Below, in pieces: positions 57,072 through 64,000 of a DNA stretch of 64,000 nucleotides. Origin of the DNA: an uncultured Gemmatimonadales bacterium (GTDB lineage: Bacteria > Gemmatimonadota > Gemmatimonadetes > Longimicrobiales > Gaopeijiaceae). The translations under genes were made by a program, and so were the position numbers. The stretch is from positions 96,001 to 160,000 of the forward strand of contig CAWGKG010000010.1 in the NCBI GenBank assembly GCA_963823035.1, in the 5' to 3' direction. Numbering within the stretch: position 1 is the first letter of the stretch; each line of letters opens with the position of its first letter. The notes below the pieces were generated by a model. It searched no databases and had not been told where the DNA came from. It saw only the letters and a program-made list of their open reading frames with translations.

Positions 57072-60000
57072 GTGAAGCCCACGGCACCCCTCCGTCTGGT
57101 CGACGCGCTGGCGCGCGTCGCCAGGGAGCGCCCGGTCGAGCGGAAGCTGCTGGTCGCGCCGACGTTCGGCGCCGGGCGGGAGCTCCTTCGCCAGCTTGCC
57201 CGCCGCGGACGCGGTTGGGTGGGCTTCGAGGTGACCACGCCCCGCCCCCTCGCCCTCCGCCTCGCGCGACCGGCCATGGCCGTCGACGGCCTTCAGCCCA
57301 TCGACGCCTTCGACCGTCAGGCGCTGCTCGACGAGGCCCTCGACGGGGCGCTGAGATCGGGTACGGACGCGGGGCTCGGGGAGCTCTCCGAGGGCGTCGG
57401 CTTCCGCGAGGCGGTCCACTCCTCGGTGGTGGCGCTCCGACTGGCCGGCATCGGACCCCGTCGTGTGCGCGAGGCGCGCCTGCGCGACCGGCGCAAGCGC
57501 GCGCTCGTGGCCCGCGTGCTCGAACGGTACGAGGGCCTGCTGCGCGACCGGCGCCGAGCGGACGAGGCCACCATCCTCGCCCTCGCCATCGAGGCGCTGG
57601 GGCGCGCCCAGGCGGAGGACCGCCCGGACGCGCTGGGCGCCGACGTCGTCCTGCTGGTGCCGGGGCTGGGGCGGCGAGGGCTGAGCGGACGCTTCCTCGA
57701 CGGCGTCACCGTCCACGGCGCGCAGCTGCTCGACACGGACCCGGTGGTGGGGCTCGCGACGCCCGATTCCGTCCTCTGGCGCGAGGGCGCGGCGGTGGGT
57801 GACCTGTCCTGGCTGTACGACCCCGCATCCGCGCCGGGACGCGGTCCAGCCCTGGAGCTCTTCCGTGCCGCCTCCATCACGGACGAGCTGCGCGAGGTGC
57901 TGCGCCGCGCCGCGGCGCAGGGCGCGGCGTGGGACGACGTCGAGATCGTGGCGGCCGACCCGGCCGCGTACGGGTCGGCGCTGCACGCGCTCTCCACCCG
58001 GCTTCGCGTTCCGGTGACCTACGCGGTGGGCCTCCCCGTCGAGCGCACGCGCCCCGGGCGCGTGGTCCAGGCGTACCTCGACTGGATCGAGGGCGGCTTC
58101 CAGGCCGCGCCCATCCGGCGGCTTCTGGAGGCCGGGGACCTGCGACCACCGCGAAGCGCCGGGACGCATGCCGCCGCGGCCCTGGCCCGGCGCTTTCGTG
58201 CGCTCCGCATCGGGTGGGGGCGACGCCGCTACCGGACCCAGCTCCGCGAGGCGCAGGCCGCGGTCGAGTCGGCGGAGCCCGGGCCCTGGGAGACGCCGGA
58301 GGGCTTCGCGCGGCGCGTGGAGCGCGCGCGGAGCGAGCTCGACGCGCTGCGTCTCCTCCTCTTTCCGGCGCTCAAGGCCACGCCTTCCGTACCGGATCGG
58401 GCGGGGGAGGGCGGGGAGGCGGTGTCGCCCGCGGAGGTCGCCCGGGGACTGCGCGCCTTCCTGCGCCGCGCCCCGCGCGGACGGGCGCGGAGCCCCGACG
58501 CGGCCGCGACGGAGGAGATCGCCCGCGTGCTCGATCGCGTCGAGGCGACGCTGCGTCGGCGCACGGACTTCGGGGCGGCCGTGACGATTCTCCGGCGGCA
58601 TCTCGAGATCCGCGTGCGCGCGCCCGAGCCGGAGCCCGGGGGACCCGACGACCCCGGTGCGCCGTGGACCTCGGAGGGCGGTCATCTCCATCTCTCGGAC
58701 TTCGAGCACGGAGGCTTCGCGGGGCGGCGCGCCGTGTTCGTCGTCGGGCTCGACGCGGACCGCGTGCCGGGCCCGGGCGTGCAGGACCCCGTGCTCTCCG
58801 ACATGGACCGACGCGCCCTGGGGGAGGGCCTGCCCGGATCGGCCGAGCTCCTGCGCGAGCGGTCGTTCCGACTGGCGGCGCTGATGGCCCGTCTGCGAGG
58901 CCGCGTGACCATGAGCTACGGCGCCTGGAGCGCATCCGAGGCGCGCACGGTCGCTCCGTCGCCGGTCCTCCTGCAGGCGCTGCGCCTGCAGCGTCGCGAT
59001 CCCGCCCCGACCTTCGAGGAGCTCTACCGGGCGTTGGGCGACGTCTCCTGCGCGATCCCCGTGCCCGGTCGCCCGGCGCTCGACGCCGACGACGTCTGGA
59101 TGGCCGCGCTCGAGCGCGGGGGGCTGCTGCTCGAGGGGCTCGACGCCGTGCGCGAGGCGTTCCCCGGCCTCGACCGTGGGATGGGCGCGCACCGCGAGCG
59201 CACCACCGGAATGCCGGGACCGCACCACGGCGTGGTGGCGCCGCTCCCCGAGGAGCTCGACCCACGCCGCCGTGCCGACCTGGTGCTTTCGGCCAGCCGG
59301 CTCGAGGACCTGGGCGCATGCCCGCTGCGGTACTTCTACCGCACGGTGCTCCGCCTCCGTCCGCCGGACGATCCCGAGCTGGATCCCGACCGGTGGCTGA
59401 ACCCGCTGCAGCGCGGGAGCCTCCTGCACGCGGTCTACGAGGAGACGTTGCGCGAGGCCATGGAGCAGGGGGTCACGCGGTCCGAGGCGGCGATGGAGTC
59501 GCTGGCTCTGGAGGCGCTCCGGGGGGCGCTGGCACGGGCACGCGAGCAGATCCCCACACCCGGGGACGGCGTCGTGCAGCGCGAGTCCGCCGCGCTCGAG
59601 GAAGACGTCCGCTCGTTCGTACGCATGGTGCTCGAGCACGGGGCCCCCTGCGTGACGCTCGAGATGAAGTTCGGTCTCGAGGAGGGCGACCCGCTCGTTC
59701 TGGAGCTCGAGGGCGGGGAAGTCCGCCTGCGCGGCGCGATCGACCGCGTGGACGAAGACCTCGTGCACGGCATGCGCGTGATCGACTACAAGACCGGCGC
59801 TCCGCACGACTATGAGGAGGGTACCGGCACCTTCAACGGCGGCCGGCGCTTGCAGCACGCCGTCTACGCGAGGGCCGCCGAGCAGCTACTCGGGGGAGAG
59901 GACGTGGCCGGCGAGTACCACTTCCCGACGCGGCGCGGCGAGAACGAGATCAAGCCGTTCGCGGCGGCCGACCTTCGTCCGGTGGCGGCGCTGCTCGACC

Positions 60001-60212
60001 GTCTCCTGGACGTGGTGGCCGGCGGAGGTTTCGTGCCGACGGAGACCAGCGACGACTGCCGATTCTGCGACTATGCCGCGATCTGCCGCGCGCAGGACTC
60101 CGGGTGGGGGCGTGTCGACTCGCCGCTCGCGACCTGGTCGGCCGACCAGCTCTCCCTCGGGCTCCACCCAGCCTTCGCGCGCCTCAAACGGGTACGCTCG
60201 TTCGAGGACTGA
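57072..60212 (+). CDS. AddB-like protein with PD-(D/E)XK nuclease domain
   Basis: 1046 aa; 'SASRLE...CPLRY', 'RGSLLH', 'GAIDRVD', 'IDYKTG', 'LQHAVY', 'CRFCDYAAIC'. Confidence 0.82.
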   Translation: MKPTAPLRLVDALARVARERPVERKLLVAPTFGAGRELLRQLARRGRGWVGFEVTTPRPLALRLARPAMAVDGLQPIDAFDRQALLDEALDGALRSGTDAGLGELSEGVGFREAVHSSVVALRLAGIGPRRVREARLRDRRKRALVARVLERYEGLLRDRRRADEATILALAIEALGRAQAEDRPDALGADVVLLVPGLGRRGLSGRFLDGVTVHGAQLLDTDPVVGLATPDSVLWREGAAVGDLSWLYDPASAPGRGPALELFRAASITDELREVLRRAAAQGAAWDDVEIVAADPAAYGSALHALSTRLRVPVTYAVGLPVERTRPGRVVQAYLDWIEGGFQAAPIRRLLEAGDLRPPRSAGTHAAAALARRFRALRIGWGRRRYRTQLREAQAAVESAEPGPWETPEGFARRVERARSELDALRLLLFPALKATPSVPDRAGEGGEAVSPAEVARGLRAFLRRAPRGRARSPDAAATEEIARVLDRVEATLRRRTDFGAAVTILRRHLEIRVRAPEPEPGGPDDPGAPWTSEGGHLHLSDFEHGGFAGRRAVFVVGLDADRVPGPGVQDPVLSDMDRRALGEGLPGSAELLRERSFRLAALMARLRGRVTMSYGAWSASEARTVAPSPVLLQALRLQRRDPAPTFEELYRALGDVSCAIPVPGRPALDADDVWMAALERGGLLLEGLDAVREAFPGLDRGMGAHRERTTGMPGPHHGVVAPLPEELDPRRRADLVLSASRLEDLGACPLRYFYRTVLRLRPPDDPELDPDRWLNPLQRGSLLHAVYEETLREAMEQGVTRSEAAMESLALEALRGALARAREQIPTPGDGVVQRESAALEEDVRSFVRMVLEHGAPCVTLEMKFGLEEGDPLVLELEGGEVRLRGAIDRVDEDLVHGMRVIDYKTGAPHDYEEGTGTFNGGRRLQHAVYARAAEQLLGGEDVAGEYHFPTRRGENEIKPFAAADLRPVAALLDRLLDVVAGGGFVPTETSDDCRFCDYAAICRAQDSGWGRVDSPLATWSADQLSLGLHPAFARLKRVRSFED

Positions 60213-60240
60213 GGACTCGGGGCGCGGTCCGAAGATGTGC

Positions 60241-61203
60241 CTAGGGGGTGGCTCCTCGCAGGATCGTCGTCAGCGCCGTCGGGTCGAGGTTGCCGCCCGA
60301 GACGACGGCCACGACGGTGCCCTCGCCGGCGGCGCCCGTCAGGGCCGCGGCCACCGAGGCACCACCCGCCCCCTCCGCGATCACGTGCGCCCGCCCGGCG
60401 AGCAGCCGGATCGCGTCGGCGATCTCGTCGAGCGAGACCACGATGGAACCGTCCAGCAACTCGGAGGCGAGCGGCCACATCTCCGGGAGGAGGCCCGTGC
60501 TGCCGATGCCGTCCACGAAGCTCCGGTGGCGCTCGACGCGGACCGGCTCGCCCGCTTCGAGGGAAGCGGCGAAGGGGGCGGCCGTCTCCACTTCCGCCGC
60601 GTAGACGCGCACGCCGGGGCGAAGCGCCTTCACGGCCGACGCGATGCCGCACGACAGCCCGCCTCCGCCGTACGGCACGACGATGGCGTCCACCTCCGGG
60701 ACCTGCTCGAGGATCTCCAGCCCGGCCGTCCCGTTGCCCGCGATCACGGCCGGGTCGGCGACCGGGTGGACGAAGAAGCCGCGCTCGTCCGGATGCCCGT
60801 GCTGCTCCAGCACCGACCACCACTCGTCGAAGGGTCGGGCCACCCACGTGGCTCCCAAGCGCTCGATCGCGTCCAGCTTCGCGCGCGGTGCGCCCTCCGG
60901 CACGATCACGCGGCAGGCCACGCCCATGCGGCGTGCGTTCCATGCCACGCCCTGAGCCATGTTCCCCGCGCTCCCGGTGTACACGCCGCGCCGCAGCTCC
61001 TCCGGATCCGCCAGCGCCATCGCGTTGCCCGCGCCGCGCAGCTTGAACGACCCGATCGGATGCAGGCACTCGAGCTTGACGTGCAGAGCGCACGGCGCGT
61101 CGTCCACGTCCAGCGGCAGCGTCGGCGTCTCGCGCACGGTGTCGGCGAGGCGGGCCCGGGCGGCGCGGATGGCCTCGAGGGGGATGGGCGCGATCGGCTG
61201 CAT
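60241..61203 (-). CDS. PLP-dependent threonine/serine dehydratase family
   Basis: 'KLECLHPIGSFKLRGA', 'SAGNMAQG', 'PYGGGGL', 'SGGNLD'. Confidence 0.88.
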   Translation of the reverse strand: MQPIAPIPLEAIRAARARLADTVRETPTLPLDVDDAPCALHVKLECLHPIGSFKLRGAGNAMALADPEELRRGVYTGSAGNMAQGVAWNARRMGVACRVIVPEGAPRAKLDAIERLGATWVARPFDEWWSVLEQHGHPDERGFFVHPVADPAVIAGNGTAGLEILEQVPEVDAIVVPYGGGGLSCGIASAVKALRPGVRVYAAEVETAAPFAASLEAGEPVRVERHRSFVDGIGSTGLLPEMWPLASELLDGSIVVSLDEIADAIRLLAGRAHVIAEGAGGASVAAALTGAAGEGTVVAVVSGGNLDPTALTTILRGATP

Positions 61204-61316
61204 GGACGGCTCGGGCTCATCGGTCGGGGGCGAAGGACCACGGCGCGAGGCACAATGGCTCATCCCCGGGTCGCGAGCTAGCTTGCCCACCCCCAGCGAA
61301 CTCGCAGGAGAGCCCC

Positions 61317-63178
61317 ATGAAGCGCTTCGTGTCCGCCCTTCGCGTCCCGGCCCTCGCCCTCGTCGTCGCGGCGGCCGCACCCGTCGGCCTCCACGCCCAG
61401 CGGCCGCAGAAGCCCGTGCTGCACGGGAAGCACTGGGTGGCGATCACCGGGAAGCCGATCTCGGCCACGGCGGGAGCCGCGATCTTCCAGAAGGGCGGCA
61501 ACGCCGTGGACGCGGCGGCGGCCATGCTCGCGGCCGGCGCCACCATGTGGGACGTGCTCTCGTGGGGTGGGGAGACGCAGGCGCTCATCTACGACCCCAA
61601 CCAGAAGAAGGTGATCGGGCTGAACGCGCTGGGCGTCGCGCCCACGGGTGCCACGCAGGCGTACTTCCGCTCGAAGGGGATGCGCTACCCGCCGGAGTAC
61701 GGCGTCGACGCGATGGTCACGCCCGGCACCCCCGGCGGGCTCATGACGATGCTCGCCGAGTGGGGCACGATGTCCCTCGCCGAGGTGCTCGCGCCGGCCA
61801 TCGAGATGGCCGAAGGGGCTACCCCCTGGAGGGAGACGCCGTGCGCAGCATCCGCGCCGAGGCCGAGCGCATGAAGCAGTGGCCCTACACGGCGGCGGTG
61901 TTCTTCCCCGACGGCGGCGACGGGCCGGAGGAGGGCGAGGTGCTCGTCCAGAAGGACCTCGCGGCCACGCTGCACAAGCTCGTCGACGCGGAGGCCGAGG
62001 CGCTCGCGGCCGGCAAGAGCCGCAAGGAGGCGATCCACGCTGCCTACGACCGCTTCTACACGGGCGACATCGCGCGGGAATACGTGCGCGGCGCGCAGGA
62101 GCAGGGCTCGCGCGTCACGATGAAGGACCTGGCCGACTGGCAGGTCCACATCGAGGAGCCGGTGAAGACCACGTACAAGGGCATCGAGGTCTACAAGCTC
62201 ACGCACTGGGTCCAGGGCCCGGTGATGCTCCAGGCGCTGAACATCCTCGAGAACGTCGACCTGAAGTCGATGGGCTACAACAGCGCGGGCTACATGCACG
62301 CCCTCTACCAGGCGATGAACCTGGCGTTCGCCGACCGCGACTTCTACTACGGCGACCCCTACTTCCCGCCGGAGGAGCCCATCCGCGGGCTGCTGTCGAA
62401 GGACTACGCCAAGGCGCGCGCGGCCACCATCGACTGGGACCACAACGACCCGGACGTCGGCCCCGGGGACCCGTACCCGTACCAGGGCGGCACCAACCCC
62501 TTCCCGGAGCTGCTCGCGAAGTGGAACGGCGGCAGGAAGTCGGTCACGGAGGCGTCCGGCCCCGAGGCGATGGCCGACTTCGAGGAGGACTTCTACCAGG
62601 GCACCACCTCGGTGCAGGCGGCCGACGCGGAGGGGTGGGTCGTGTCGATCACGCCCTCCGGCGGATGGGTGCCGGCGGTGATCGCGGGCCACACCGGCGT
62701 CGGGATGAGCCAGCGCGCACAGTCGTTCGTGGTGGAGGCGGAGGACGGGCCCTACAACGTGGTCGAGCCGGGCAAGCGCCCGCGCGCCACGCTCACGCCC
62801 TCGCTCGCGCTGAAGGACGGCAAGCCGTTCCTCTCCTTCGCGGTGCAGGGCGGCGACTCGCAGGACCAGAACCTCCTCCAGTTCTTCCTCGACGTGGTGG
62901 AGTTCGGGATGAACGTGCAGGAGGCGGCCGAGGCCGCGAACATCAATTCCTTCCAGATGCGCGGCTCCTTCGGCCAGCACGAGACCAGCCCGGGGCGCAT
63001 GCTCGTGCAGGACGCGACGCCGCCCTGGGTGCGTGCCCGGCTCCGGCAGATGGGCTACACGCTCACGACGTCGGAGCGCACCTCGGGCCCGATCAACGCG
63101 ATCTTCTTCGACTGGGCGCACGGGACGTTCTGGGGCGGCTCCAGCAACCACGGCGACGACTACGGGATCGTCTGGTAG
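61317..63178 (+). CDS. ggt: Gamma-glutamyltransferase, frameshifted near 61820
   Basis: Signal peptide; 'GGNAVDAA', 'LAPAIEMAEG' then 'YP...AFADRD...GTTS...PGKRP...QGGD' in the next frame. Confidence 0.85.
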
Positions 63179-63199
63179 GACCCGTCGGACGCAAGGCTG

Positions 63200-63505
63200 G
63201 TAGACGGGTGCCTCGCGCTCCTCTACCCCGGCCTTGTCGGGGCGGTCAAGCGCCTGCACGACCTCGCCCGTCCAGGGTGGTACGTCGCGGTGTACTACGG
63301 AGGTGTGATCGGGATGGGGGTCGTTCTCGCGATCGCCTTGCCGCTACTCGGGGAGAAGGCGCTCGTGCTCCTGATCCCGGGCTTCATCCTCCTGCTCGGC
63401 AGCATCTGGTTCGCCCTGAAGATGGCGTTCTTCCGCGGGACTCCCGGCCCGAATCCGTATGGTCCCGACCCGGTGCGCGCACGCTGGGAGCGCATGCGCG
63501 CGTGA
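63200..63505 (+). pseudogene. DUF805-like membrane protein fragment lacking its N-terminus
   Basis: 'VKRLHDLARPGW' and 'GPNPYGPDP' in frame; no ATG, GTG or TTG between the in-frame stop at 63176 and the RLHD motif. Confidence 0.6.
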
Positions 63506-63625
63506 GTCGGGGCGGGCGTCCGGGCGCCCCGTCGCGGGCGCCGACGCGCCCCTGATGGCGCACGGGCGCCCCATGCCTTCTCTTCCCCGGTCGCCGATTC
63601 CTCGGCCGCCGCAGGAAGAGATGCG

Positions 63626-64000
63626 TTGATCACCGACCCCACAGCCGTCTTCTTCGTCCTCGCCGCCATCGTCGCCCTGGCCCTCGCGCTGGAGCGACGC
63701 TGGCACCTCTTCCGCTCGTTCGGCGCCGCCTTCGTGGGCATCCTGCTCGGGATGCTGCTGTCGAATACGGGTGTGCTTCCGGGCCGGTCGCCGGCGTACG
63801 ACTTCCTGGTCGGGCCGGCGGTGAGCGCCGGCATCGTGCTGATCCTGCTCTCCGTGGACGTGCGCACGATCGTGAAGGCGGGTCCCCGGATGCTGGCCGC
63901 GTTCGCGATCGGGGCCGTGGGCTCGACGGTGGGCGCGGCGGTCGCGGCGATGACGCTGGCGCAGCAGGTGGGCCCGGAGACGTGGAAGCTCGCCGGGCAG
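63626..64000 (+). CDS. DUF819-like membrane protein, partial at window end
   Basis: TTG start 'MITDPTAVFFVL...LLSNTGVLPGRSPAYDFL...LILLSVDVR...GPRMLAAFAIG'. Confidence 0.65.
   Translation, partial: MITDPTAVFFVLAAIVALALALERRWHLFRSFGAAFVGILLGMLLSNTGVLPGRSPAYDFLVGPAVSAGIVLILLSVDVRTIVKAGPRMLAAFAIGAVGSTVGAAVAAMTLAQQVGPETWKLAGQ

Noticed and set aside
50599..59858. Very long antisense or off-frame ORFs such as 50599..54087 and 57027..59858
   Set aside because: Shadow ORFs expected at this GC content; they overlap well-supported genes and show no motifs.
57072..60212. Cas4 or a defence nuclease
   Set aside because: Size and the long N-terminal region fit AddB; no array or defence genes are adjacent.

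Overview
A very GC-rich bacterial chromosomal window with no tRNA, rRNA, CRISPR array, integrase or transposase that I can see. Gene content (PadR plus duplicated orphan permease, PorX-like regulator, VPS10 protein, type III glutamine synthetase) suggests Gemmatimonadota or a related diderm; this is an inference. It carries two envelope/LPS clusters, central-metabolism genes, rpsU, ssb, recF-DUF721-gyrB, several secreted hydrolases and a solitary AddB-like nuclease. About ten genes are broken by single-base indels, which looks like long-read error. The most unusual region is 33.5-37.2 kb. Three hypothetical proteins there share one unrecognised helical domain (motifs [LF]RxxYxxYxxxQ[VA]AxL and LPP[FL]EVWxxD[FY]xx[NH]P), and two of them also share a second domain in swapped order (X-Y versus Y-X). 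The same region holds a small RHH-like protein, an AT-rich 27-bp palindrome and two convergent promoter-to-terminator units that may be small RNAs. A histone H1-like KKAPA-repeat protein ending in a zinc-ribbon domain is also notable. All family calls come from motifs read by eye; no searches were run.
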